From a virus (taxonomy: Duplodnaviria; Caudoviricetes), in the IMG/VR virus record IMGVR_UViG_3300032218_003059, positions 1 through 64,000 of that record: a DNA stretch of 64,000 bases. One strand, written 5' to 3'. How positions within the stretch are numbered: the first letter of the stretch is position 1; each line of letters starts with the position of its first letter. Shown here piece after piece: positions 35,903 through 45,397 of the stretch. The translations under genes and the position numbers were made by a program. Below the pieces are notes generated by a model. The model saw only the letters and a list, made by a program, of their open reading frames with translations, was not told the DNA's origin and did no database searches.

Positions 35903-36598
35903 ATGGCAATACAAGCCACAGGAAATGCAAAGAATATTCTAGTTGGTGCTTCACCACTGTTTCTTTCAACAAAAGATTCAACATCAGCAACATACAAAGA
36001 AAATGCTGAGCCTGGTAGCGCAGACGGAGTTGCGTTTGTTTCAGGTACATCATATACAACAACACTTAACGCAGTTGATCTATCAACAGCTAAATACCGT
36101 AACGTAGGTTACACAAATAACGGTCTTCAGATTACTTATAACCCAACATACGGTTCAGTAACAGTAGATCAGCTTCTAGATACAGCAAAGCTGTTCAAGG
36201 AGTCAATGGAAGTTATGATTGCAACAGAAATGGCAGAAGGTACTCTTGAGAACGTTCTTGCAGTATTTGGTCAGGGAACATCAACTCTTTCAGCAGCATT
36301 AACAAACTCTGCAACATCAACACAGACATTAGGTTTAGAAGCTGGTGCCCTTGGTGTAGCTCCAACAGAGCGTCAGCTAATTGCTGTCGGACAAGCACCA
36401 ACAACAGTTGGCGCTTCAACAGAGCGTGTTTATTATGCTCGTCGTGTACTTTCAGTACAGCAGTCACAATTCTCACTTGCACGTAATAATGCAACCACAT
36501 TCCCAGTCACATTCCGCTTGCTTCCATCAGGAGACACAGCGTATGCAGGACAGGAATACGGTAAGATTATTGACCGTGTTTTGACAGTTACAGCATAA
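35903..36598 (+). CDS. Major tail (tube) protein
   Basis: VGYTNNGLQITY, VDQLLD, TFPVTFRLLP; AGGAGG RBS; terminator follows. Confidence 0.85.
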   Translation: MAIQATGNAKNILVGASPLFLSTKDSTSATYKENAEPGSADGVAFVSGTSYTTTLNAVDLSTAKYRNVGYTNNGLQITYNPTYGSVTVDQLLDTAKLFKESMEVMIATEMAEGTLENVLAVFGQGTSTLSAALTNSATSTQTLGLEAGALGVAPTERQLIAVGQAPTTVGASTERVYYARRVLSVQQSQFSLARNNATTFPVTFRLLPSGDTAYAGQEYGKIIDRVLTVTA

Positions 36599-36612
36599 TT
36601 TAATTAAATTAA

Positions 36613-36647
36613 GAAACCCCCCCCAGAAATGGGGGGGTTTTCTGTTT
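36613..36647 (+). terminator. Intrinsic terminator
   Basis: CCCCCCCA-GAAA-TGGGGGGG then TTTTCTGTTT. Confidence 0.85.
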
Positions 36648-36674
36648 GTAAGAGTAAAACCATTATGTTATAAT
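36646..36674 (+). promoter_or_regulatory. Sigma70-like promoter for chaperone/TMP genes
   Basis: TTGTAA-17 nt-TATAAT with TG extension. Confidence 0.6.
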
Positions 36675-36703
36675 AATTAAGACTAGATCCTAGGAGGATT
36701 AAA

Positions 36704-37036
36704 TTGGCAACAACAGTATATGATGTAGAAAAAATTAAACTACAAAACGGTGTAGAGGTAGAGCTTAAACCTCTTACAATTAAAGAGCTAAGAAAGTTTA
36801 TGATAGTTATTCAAAAGACAGCAGAAGTTTCCACAGAAGATGAAACCCTCACATTACTTATTGATGCATGTGCAGTTGCTTTAGAAAAGCAATTACCAGA
36901 ATTGGTAAAAGATCGTGATGCATTTGAAGATGTTTTGGACGTTCCAACCATTAACCGCATTTTAGAAATTTGTGGAGGAATTAAGATGGACGACCCAAAC
37001 CAACTAGCAGCGACGGTTCTGGCTGGTCAGAACTAG
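36704..37036 (+). CDS. Tail assembly chaperone (gpG analogue)
   Basis: Between MTP and TMP; TTG start with AGGAGG RBS. Confidence 0.85.
   Translation: MATTVYDVEKIKLQNGVEVELKPLTIKELRKFMIVIQKTAEVSTEDETLTLLIDACAVALEKQLPELVKDRDAFEDVLDVPTINRILEICGGIKMDDPNQLAATVLAGQN
36994..37000 (+). promoter_or_regulatory. -1 programmed frameshift slippery site C CCA AAC
   Basis: In-frame X XXY YYZ heptamer; -1 frame open from here to 37362. Confidence 0.85.
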
Positions 37037-37362
37037 ATCTTGCTGCATTAGAGGGAGATGTATTTCTCCTTGGACATTGGAAGAATTACCAGGAACTAGA
37101 AGAAAATCTTTCAATGCCAGAGTTAGTACAAACATTAAAGTCTATGCAACAAAAAGAAATGAATCAAAGAAAGTTTACAGCGGGACTTAAAGGCATAAAC
37201 TTAGATGAAGAAGCAAAAGAAAGTAGCAGTACTTTTGAAGATGTACAAAGAAGAGCTTTAGGTATAGAAACATCAGGAGATGATGTTGTTTCATTACAAG
37301 GGGCGTTTGCCTCACAGGCAGGCTTTGGAATTGGAGAAGGTCTAGGCTATTCAAAGGAGTAA
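37000..37362 (+). CDS. Tail assembly chaperone frameshift extension (gpT analogue; fused product about 219 aa)
   Basis: -1 frame reads PTSSDGSGWSELDLAALEG...MPELVQ and is in frame with ORF 37114..37362. Confidence 0.8.
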   Translation, partial: PTSSDGSGWSELDLAALEGDVFLLGHWKNYQELEENLSMPELVQTLKSMQQKEMNQRKFTAGLKGINLDEEAKESSSTFEDVQRRALGIETSGDDVVSLQGAFASQAGFGIGEGLGYSKE

Positions 37363-37372
37363 CATATAAGTA

Positions 37373-40300
37373 ATGTCTAATGAAAATGTAGTAATGAATT
37401 TAACCGCTAATGCGGATTTTTCTAATCTAGTAACAAGCGTTAATAGAGTTACTGCCTCACTTGCAAAAATGCAAGAGCAAATTGGTGCAAGCAATAGAAT
37501 TTTAACTGGACAAATTGCAGCAACTAATAAAGCATTTTCTGATACATTACGACAAACAGGACAATTTGGTACACACTTTGTAACCTTAAATGATGATGTT
37601 GCAAAATTTGGCAATCAATTAGATAAAGGTCAATTAAAGCTTAGAGATTATTACGGTGCATGGCAACAGCATGCAAAAACGTCTGGCGGATTAGTTAGAG
37701 ACCTAGCAGCACAGCAAGTACAATTACAGAATGCTATATTGCAACCCTTGGGCAAAAATGCTCAAGGGCTAATGCAATTTAATGTACAGGTTCCAAAAGG
37801 CTTAGATGTTGTAAAAAATAAAACAGCTCTAGCATCTCAAGAGCTAAAGATCATGAATAAGGTTATGCAAGAAGGCGCTAATCAGATGATTAACTGGGGT
37901 AAAAATACTCAGTGGGCAGGTCGTCAATTAACAGTAGGATTAACAATACCATTAGCAGCATTTGGCGCAGCAGCAGCAAAAGCATTTAGAGAAGCAGATG
38001 CAGAACTAGTTCGTTTAACAAAAGTTTATGGTGGAGTAGCTGCAACATCTCAAGCAGACCTTAGTAAAATTAGAAAAGAAGTGTCTGCAACTGCAACTAG
38101 TTTAGCAAAACAATATGGTGCTTCATATAAAGATACTATTTCATTAGCTGCAGATTTAGCTGCTACTGGAAAAGAAGGAAATGATTTATTAAAAGCTACG
38201 GCACAAGCAACAAGACTTATGGTTCTTGGTGAAGTAGATAGACAACAAGCAATGAAAACAACATTAACATTGCAAAATACTTTCAAAGAAAATACCAGCC
38301 AATTAGCAGAATCTATAAATTTTCTTAACGCAGTTGAAAACCAAACTTCCCTTACACTTCAAGATTTAACTGAAGCAATTCCAAAAGCTGGTCCAGTAAT
38401 AAAAGCACTTGGTGGAAGTGTAAAAGATTTAGCCCTTTATTTAACAGCAATGAAAGAAGGAGGAATTGGCGCAGCAGAAGGAGCAAATGCAATTAAATCA
38501 GCTTTTGCTTCTCTTATTAATCCAACAGCTAAAGCTACAAATTTATTTAAGAGCTTTGGAATAGATTTACAAGGAATGGTTAAAAAGAATACAGGCAATA
38601 CAACTGCCATGATTCTTGATTTACAATCTGCATTAAATAAATTAGATCCTTTATCAAAATCTAAAGCAATTGAACAACTTTTTGGTAAATTTCAATTTGC
38701 TAGAATGACAGCGCTTATTGATAATTTAGGAAAACAGGGATCACAATCATTAAGGGTATTAGATTTATTAAAACAATCAACAGGAGACATTGCAGCGATT
38801 GCAGACCGAGAATTAAAACAGGTTACCGAATCAGCCTCTGGTAAATATAAAAGGGCTGTAGAAGGCCTTAAAGCCGATCTAGCAGGCATTGGAGATCAGT
38901 TCTTAAAGATACAAACTTTCTTTATTAATGTAACAGATAAAATTATTAGATTTGTAAATATATTGCCTGGACCAGTAAAAACAATTCTTACTTTGTTAAC
39001 TGGATTAACTGCAATTGCAGGTCCTCTTATTATGCTTGTTGGTGTAATGGCAAACTTTATTGGATATATAATAAAAGGAGCATTTCATTTTAAAGCATTA
39101 TTTAAATCAGGGGAAGGCTGGAGAATGCTTACTCCAGAGATCCTTGCAGCTCAAAAAGCTGGATCTTTAATTGAAAAAACATTTTATAGCGATGCAAAAG
39201 CAGCACTATCTTTAGCTGAAGCTTTATCAGTATTAGAAGGTGGATATTCATCATTACAATCAAAGATGAACGCAGGTGCAATAACAGTACAGCCTGCAAT
39301 ATCTACAATTGCAGGCTCACCGATTTTAGCAGGAACTGGAGCGGGATCAAGAGTAGTTGATCCTAGAAATCCATTAGTAGGACAACAGGGAACTAGAGCA
39401 TCTGCACATATTAACCCATTACGTGGAAGAACACAAGAACAAATTGCAGCATCTACAATATTTGGATTTGTTCCAGGCCCAATTCCAGTAAATAATGCAC
39501 TTAAAGATACTCCACAAATGTATGCCAATGGAGATCTTCCTAATATACCAGGGCTTACAACTTCACCAAGTAAGCATGGTCCAGTTTCTTCTGGAATAGT
39601 TGCATCAGAAGCAACAAAATTTCAAACTTTAATGGGCACAATGTCAATGATGAGCAAAACAGAAGTTGCAGCAATGAAAAAAGAAATTCAAACTACTGGA
39701 ACAGTAAGTACAGAATTTATGACAGCATATTCTTCATTATTGCCAGAAATTACGTCTATATCTCAGAAAGCAGTAACTTCTTCAGCAGCAATTGTTTCTC
39801 AAGTTCAATCTGGAGAAATGCAATTATCTGCAGCTAAAGAAAAATTAATTCAGCTTAATTATGAAATTGAAGCAGCGATGGGTGCTGCAACTCAAGGTGT
39901 TGCAGCCTCACTTGGAAGAACTGCTAATTTAACAACAGTTCCAGGAATTGATCAGCCAGTAATTGATCCAAAAGGTAAGTCTAATATGAGACAGCTATTT
40001 GGAAAAGGAAATGCTTCATGGATGGACAAACTTGCAGGGGTATTTGGAATTAAAACTTGGGGAGCAAGTTATTCAACACATACAACAATACCAAAAAGAT
40101 TAAATTCAGGTGGAGCAGTTTATAATCCAAATAAAGATGGAAATATTGTTCCTGGAGACACATCAATAAATTATGATACAGTTCCAGCAATGCTACAGTC
40201 TGGCGGTTTTATATTAAATCAAACAGCATCAAAAAACAATCCAGATCTAGTACAATTAGCTAAAAACAAATATGCATCTGGCGGATCAGTTGTACCAGCA

Positions 40301-43300
40301 TTATTAACTGCAGGAGAAACTTATTTTCCTCCTGAATTAGCATCTCAAATGATGCCAACACTTAATATTGCAAATAGTGGAACAAAAGTTCAATTAAGAG
40401 CATTAGGTGGTTTAATATCACCAAAAAAAGGAAACTACGGTTTAATTCCTTCAGCTTCAATTGTAGAAAAAATGATAGCTTCATTGGCTAAAAATGAATA
40501 TGCAGCAAGATGGTTAAAAGATTATAATTCTAAACCATATGCATCAAATGGAGTTATAAGAGGTTCTGCAGAAAGCATTTATAAACTACTTGGTATTACA
40601 CCTAAAGATAATGAATCATTTAATCAATTTGGTCATATGATCAGAACTTCAAAAACAAAAACTTCAGTCATTCCTGGTTTTGTTGCTAAACCCCCTACTG
40701 CTGTTTATGGAAAAAAAGCTGATTTTATTGGCTTTAATAAATCTCTTAGTGGAAATGGAATATCAGATAAAAATATTCGTAAGTTTATAGAAAGTTTATT
40801 AGCTGGAGGCAGTGGATCAATAACTGGATCATCTTCTCAGTTTGTTGAAGCACTTACAAAGAATAATATTTTAGATAATGTTATAGCTAAAGAAATTAAT
40901 CAAAAAATACAATCTGAATATGTAAGAGAATTATTTAGAATGAAAAGAAGAGGGGTTACAGTAACAGATGAAAATAACCCATACTTTAATGTTTCTAATT
41001 CTATAATAAAACAATATTCTGAAAAAGTTCCACATTTAGATAATTTATGGAACCAGTTTAATTTAAAAAATTCGGCAGTAAATCCACATTATTTATCTGA
41101 AATGAATAGCCCTGCAAAACGTGGCCCTGGAAGTATTGGTGTAAATGATATAACTTTAAGCAATCCAGCTAATGGAATGGGAATTAATGTTGGCAAATTA
41201 ATTGGTTCTGAAGGTACAGCAGTGTATCATTCAAATAATCCAGTATGGCAAGAGTCATTGCTTCCAAAATCAAGAATGGGAATAATAACAAAAAATTGGC
41301 CTAAAAAACAACAATTTTATCCAATGGGAAGACAATATACATTAGGTAATCAAGACCCTTTACATGGCCCACTTCAAATTGGTAAGTCCATGCAGATGCA
41401 GCATAGTGCTGGATATGATCCATATGCAGCTAAGAGCGTATATTACTCAGACAACTTTGGTAGATTAAATATAATGGATGCATTTCTTACAGGAACACAA
41501 AAAGAACGTGGAATGTATGCAACAGCACAATACATGGGCGGGAACCTTGGAGTAATGTCACAAATGGAGCGTTTAGGCAACCACCCACTTGGACCAATAG
41601 CTGCAATGAAATCATTACAAAAGAAATTTACTGGAAAACTTTATCGTGGAATCATGTTGGGAAAAACTCAAAATGCCGTCCCAGCAGATATAGAAAAAGC
41701 AATCATAGAAGCAAGAACTACTGGAAACCTTGAAGGTTTATTGGGTAGAGAATTTATAATGAGAAGATCTTCCTGGAGTCAAAAAGAAAATATTGCACAA
41801 TATTTTTCTCCTGGTCATGGTGTAAATCCAGAATCTATTTTATTTGAAGCAAATGTTAAAAATAGAAATGTTTTGCCTTCATCACAACTTTTTCCAAACA
41901 AAGCATTTCAAGCCCCTTATGGACAATCATGGAACAAAACAAAATTTGGTAGCGGAGCGCAATCAGAACAAGAATCAATATTTGGCGGAAAATTTAAAAT
42001 AGTTGGAATGCAAGGCGGTAAGGTACAGCTTGAAACAGTTGTTGATGCAGCTCGTGAAATGGGTGGGCCAGTAAATTCTGGAAGACCTTACCTTGTTGGA
42101 GAAAAAGGTCCAGAGCTATTTGTTCCAAAACATGATGGTGGGATAATTTCTCATTACGCACTAGGAGGAATGGTTTCTTCTGGAAAAAATACATATGGTT
42201 TAAGTCCAGCAAAAGCAATGGTGGGCAAAAATATTGCGGGACTTGCGGCTTGGATACTAGGTCCAATGTTATTGCAAAAAATGGGCGTAAGTTCAGGAAT
42301 TACAAATGGTTTGATGACAGCTGGCTTTGCAGGTCAAGCAGCCTATTCAATGCATTCACAATATAAAGCTTTTAAAGGAGCTGGTCAAGGAGCTGAAATA
42401 GTTGGCGATGTTGCAAAAGCAGAGGGAGCAGTAAGCAAACTTGCACCAAGATTTGCACAGCTTGCTGGAGCCGCTTCAAAAGCAGCAGGCCCAATAGGAT
42501 TGGTATTTACAGCAATACAAGCCTACAGTTTCTTAGAAGAAAAAAAACGACATTCTCAAGAAGTATTTGCAACCTCATTTGGACTTTCTGCAAAAGCAGC
42601 TAAAGAAGCTGGAATACAGATACAAAATCTTGACGCTCAATTAAAAGCTTCATCAGATGCAGCGGGAGCAACTAAAACAAAAGCAGCATTATTATTTTCA
42701 CAAGATAGCGCTGGAATCAAAGGCTTATCGTTAACAGTAGGACAGCTTAAATCACTTGAAACATCAGTAAAGAAAACAATGCCTACATATATGGAAGCAT
42801 TTAAAAAAATGACTGGAAAAGAAATTCTTACAGGTGCAGCTAATATCAAAGCGCAATGGGTGGCAATGGGAATGAGCATACAAGATGCAAATTCTAAAAT
42901 ATACACACTTGTTAAATTAACTCATGGCTCACAAGCTGCATTAAATGCAATAACATCTAGCGCATTTACAAAAATTACAGATAAAGCATCTGCTTCAGAA
43001 TATGCAATAAAACTTGTTGGGCAAGCAATTAAAAATATTAATAATGTTGGTGCAGCTGGAGCTGCAAATGCATTAGATACTTTCTTTCAAATTCAAACAG
43101 CAAAACTACAAGCACTTCAACAAAAAGCAGCAAAAGATGGTAAAGGTACACCTTACAGCAGTTCATACTCAGATACAATGTCTAGCTATACAAAAAGTGG
43201 TTATGGCGATATTAAAATAACAAGAGATATAATAACAGAGCTTTCAAAAACTCAACCCATACTTGCAAGCATACTTAATGCTACAGATACAATTGGCTCA

Positions 43301-44941
43301 TCTTTAAGTAAATGGATAATTGCATCAAGCGGCTCAATAACTAATCTTAGCAAAATTTCTACACTTACAGCAGGTCAAGCAAATACAGTTGCTCAAGCAA
43401 TAGTTGCAGTTCAAGATGGAGCAAACAAAGCATTATCTAACGACAAGCTTGCAGGAGCTGCAGAAAAAAGAATAATAACTACTCAAGCCGCTTTAAATAA
43501 AGCAAGTGTGGCATCTGCAGGAATGACAGTTGTAGACCAAATATCTTCTAAAAAAAGAATTAAATATTTAGAAGATGAAATTAAAAAAATTAATGAAGCA
43601 GCTTCAGCTCGCAAAAAAGCCATGGAGCAACAACAGTTAGATGCAGATACTTTAACTCAAATACAAAAGAAACAATTGGAGTACCAGCAAGCCCTTGCTT
43701 CTGGAGATCAGTCTGCTGCAGCTCAAGCTCAACTAGATATACAACAGCTTTCACAAAATAGGCAAACAGACACTGCAAAAAATTCAATAGACATTGCTGC
43801 AGCAAATAAAACTGGTCCTTTACAACAAGAGATAGATGCCATTAACGCTTCTCTCACCGCATCGGCAGATGCACAAACATTAGCTGCAGATTCAATGACT
43901 AATCTTTCAAAAAGTTTAGATGATCTAATATCTAAAGATTTATCACTTAAATCCTCTTTGCAAAAAGCTATTGAAGATAAAAGAATTTTTGGTACAGATT
44001 CTAAAACATTTAAAGAAGATATTAAAGTTATGCTAGATGACTATGCAGCATTAACTGGACTAAAAAAATCAACTTCTGGAGTTTATACGGATGCAAAAGG
44101 AAATGTCATAACAGCAGAAGGATTATATGCTTCATTAGAAAAAGCAACGCTAGATAATATCAATGTTGCTGGGAAAACAGTAATTGTAACAGCTGCTGGA
44201 GAAATATTAACTGGTAAAAATTTAACGGGTGGAGATCCTTTAATAGGACTTCCAGCAAAACAAAAAGCTGCAATTACAGCAAACGAAAAAAAACCTTTGG
44301 ATCAACAAGATCCAAATATTCCACATCCAACAGCAGTTGGTAAAAATGGTCCTATAACTGGAATGCCAAAACCAGGACTTAAAAATAAAAACCTTGGTCC
44401 AGCTACAGGCGCAGAACCAAAAGCACAAACAATAGGGGACTATATATATGCTGGAAATGGAATGGTTGTACTTAAATCAGATCCATCACAAGTTGTAGGT
44501 CAGTGGTATACATATACTGCAGCAGGCAGAGTTGCATATGCTCAAGGAGGATTAGTAAATCATTATGGAAATGGTGGATCAATCAGAGGTCTTGGAACCA
44601 GCATATCAGATTCAATTCCTGCATATCTTTCAAATGGAGAGTATGTAGTAAAAGCAGCTGCTGTTAAAAAATATGGCGTACCTACCTTTGACGCATTAAA
44701 TTCACAAAAGTTTAATATTCCTTCTGTTGTAAGTAGTTCAAATTCCATGTATAATAACAATTCAGCTGGCTCTGTTATCTATTTAACTCAAAATATTACA
44801 GCAGCAGATGGAATGGATACAGAATTATTGTCAATGAGAATTGTTGACATGGCAAAGAAAGCCATAAGCGCAGATGTAAAAGTTTCTTCATCAAAAATGG
44901 GTGGGACTAAAGAGTTTGGAAGCAGGGTGATGAACACATGA
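37373..44941 (+). CDS. Tape measure protein (2522 aa) with internal cargo domains
   Basis: TP901-type core (WAGRQLTVGLTIP, NAVENQTSL), follows chaperones; repeated xxGGxV motifs; internal ART-like domain. Confidence 0.93.
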   Translation: MSNENVVMNLTANADFSNLVTSVNRVTASLAKMQEQIGASNRILTGQIAATNKAFSDTLRQTGQFGTHFVTLNDDVAKFGNQLDKGQLKLRDYYGAWQQHAKTSGGLVRDLAAQQVQLQNAILQPLGKNAQGLMQFNVQVPKGLDVVKNKTALASQELKIMNKVMQEGANQMINWGKNTQWAGRQLTVGLTIPLAAFGAAAAKAFREADAELVRLTKVYGGVAATSQADLSKIRKEVSATATSLAKQYGASYKDTISLAADLAATGKEGNDLLKATAQATRLMVLGEVDRQQAMKTTLTLQNTFKENTSQLAESINFLNAVENQTSLTLQDLTEAIPKAGPVIKALGGSVKDLALYLTAMKEGGIGAAEGANAIKSAFASLINPTAKATNLFKSFGIDLQGMVKKNTGNTTAMILDLQSALNKLDPLSKSKAIEQLFGKFQFARMTALIDNLGKQGSQSLRVLDLLKQSTGDIAAIADRELKQVTESASGKYKRAVEGLKADLAGIGDQFLKIQTFFINVTDKIIRFVNILPGPVKTILTLLTGLTAIAGPLIMLVGVMANFIGYIIKGAFHFKALFKSGEGWRMLTPEILAAQKAGSLIEKTFYSDAKAALSLAEALSVLEGGYSSLQSKMNAGAITVQPAISTIAGSPILAGTGAGSRVVDPRNPLVGQQGTRASAHINPLRGRTQEQIAASTIFGFVPGPIPVNNALKDTPQMYANGDLPNIPGLTTSPSKHGPVSSGIVASEATKFQTLMGTMSMMSKTEVAAMKKEIQTTGTVSTEFMTAYSSLLPEITSISQKAVTSSAAIVSQVQSGEMQLSAAKEKLIQLNYEIEAAMGAATQGVAASLGRTANLTTVPGIDQPVIDPKGKSNMRQLFGKGNASWMDKLAGVFGIKTWGASYSTHTTIPKRLNSGGAVYNPNKDGNIVPGDTSINYDTVPAMLQSGGFILNQTASKNNPDLVQLAKNKYASGGSVVPALLTAGETYFPPELASQMMPTLNIANSGTKVQLRALGGLISPKKGNYGLIPSASIVEKMIASLAKNEYAARWLKDYNSKPYASNGVIRGSAESIYKLLGITPKDNESFNQFGHMIRTSKTKTSVIPGFVAKPPTAVYGKKADFIGFNKSLSGNGISDKNIRKFIESLLAGGSGSITGSSSQFVEALTKNNILDNVIAKEINQKIQSEYVRELFRMKRRGVTVTDENNPYFNVSNSIIKQYSEKVPHLDNLWNQFNLKNSAVNPHYLSEMNSPAKRGPGSIGVNDITLSNPANGMGINVGKLIGSEGTAVYHSNNPVWQESLLPKSRMGIITKNWPKKQQFYPMGRQYTLGNQDPLHGPLQIGKSMQMQHSAGYDPYAAKSVYYSDNFGRLNIMDAFLTGTQKERGMYATAQYMGGNLGVMSQMERLGNHPLGPIAAMKSLQKKFTGKLYRGIMLGKTQNAVPADIEKAIIEARTTGNLEGLLGREFIMRRSSWSQKENIAQYFSPGHGVNPESILFEANVKNRNVLPSSQLFPNKAFQAPYGQSWNKTKFGSGAQSEQESIFGGKFKIVGMQGGKVQLETVVDAAREMGGPVNSGRPYLVGEKGPELFVPKHDGGIISHYALGGMVSSGKNTYGLSPAKAMVGKNIAGLAAWILGPMLLQKMGVSSGITNGLMTAGFAGQAAYSMHSQYKAFKGAGQGAEIVGDVAKAEGAVSKLAPRFAQLAGAASKAAGPIGLVFTAIQAYSFLEEKKRHSQEVFATSFGLSAKAAKEAGIQIQNLDAQLKASSDAAGATKTKAALLFSQDSAGIKGLSLTVGQLKSLETSVKKTMPTYMEAFKKMTGKEILTGAANIKAQWVAMGMSIQDANSKIYTLVKLTHGSQAALNAITSSAFTKITDKASASEYAIKLVGQAIKNINNVGAAGAANALDTFFQIQTAKLQALQQKAAKDGKGTPYSSSYSDTMSSYTKSGYGDIKITRDIITELSKTQPILASILNATDTIGSSLSKWIIASSGSITNLSKISTLTAGQANTVAQAIVAVQDGANKALSNDKLAGAAEKRIITTQAALNKASVASAGMTVVDQISSKKRIKYLEDEIKKINEAASARKKAMEQQQLDADTLTQIQKKQLEYQQALASGDQSAAAQAQLDIQQLSQNRQTDTAKNSIDIAAANKTGPLQQEIDAINASLTASADAQTLAADSMTNLSKSLDDLISKDLSLKSSLQKAIEDKRIFGTDSKTFKEDIKVMLDDYAALTGLKKSTSGVYTDAKGNVITAEGLYASLEKATLDNINVAGKTVIVTAAGEILTGKNLTGGDPLIGLPAKQKAAITANEKKPLDQQDPNIPHPTAVGKNGPITGMPKPGLKNKNLGPATGAEPKAQTIGDYIYAGNGMVVLKSDPSQVVGQWYTYTAAGRVAYAQGGLVNHYGNGGSIRGLGTSISDSIPAYLSNGEYVVKAAAVKKYGVPTFDALNSQKFNIPSVVSSSNSMYNNNSAGSVIYLTQNITAADGMDTELLSMRIVDMAKKAISADVKVSSSKMGGTKEFGSRVMNT
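41500..42045 (+). other. ADP-ribosyltransferase-like domain (R-S-E clade) within TMP
   Basis: KLYRG (R1425), SSWS (S1467), SEQES (E1532-x-E1534) in canonical order; boundaries approximate. Confidence 0.7.
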
Positions 44942-45396
44942 ACATGACACTACCAATTGGAGCCCTGTTATATTTATATGACGGAACAGCCTGGAGTCAA
45001 ATGTCTGAGCATAATAGGCAGCCAGTCGCCATAGGGTTTAATAGAATTGAAAAAACTCAAAGAATGAGCAACGGATCTTTGCGTAAATATTTTATTGCAG
45101 ACAAGAAAACATTTAGCTTTTCTTGGTCACAACTTCCATCATATTCTTCTATGACAGTAGACGGAGGATACGGCGCCCTAGACCTTAAATCATTTTATGA
45201 GGGTGCAAATGGCAGGGGAACATTTAAAATAAAAATAAAATATCATGGAGACTCTCATATAGAGGGCGCTGGAGAAATAGAAGTTTGTTTTACTTCAGCA
45301 AGCTTTGAAATGCAAAAAAGAAATTTAAAAAATACAGGGCGGGAAACAGTAAGTCAACAACTTTGGAATGTAACAATCGGCCTGGAAGAGGTGTAA
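44938..45396 (+). CDS. Distal tail (Dit)-like protein
   Basis: Immediately after TMP; RMSNGSLRKYFIADK..FSFSWSQLP. Confidence 0.65.
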   Translation: MNMTLPIGALLYLYDGTAWSQMSEHNRQPVAIGFNRIEKTQRMSNGSLRKYFIADKKTFSFSWSQLPSYSSMTVDGGYGALDLKSFYEGANGRGTFKIKIKYHGDSHIEGAGEIEVCFTSASFEMQKRNLKNTGRETVSQQLWNVTIGLEEV

Positions 45397-45397
45397 A

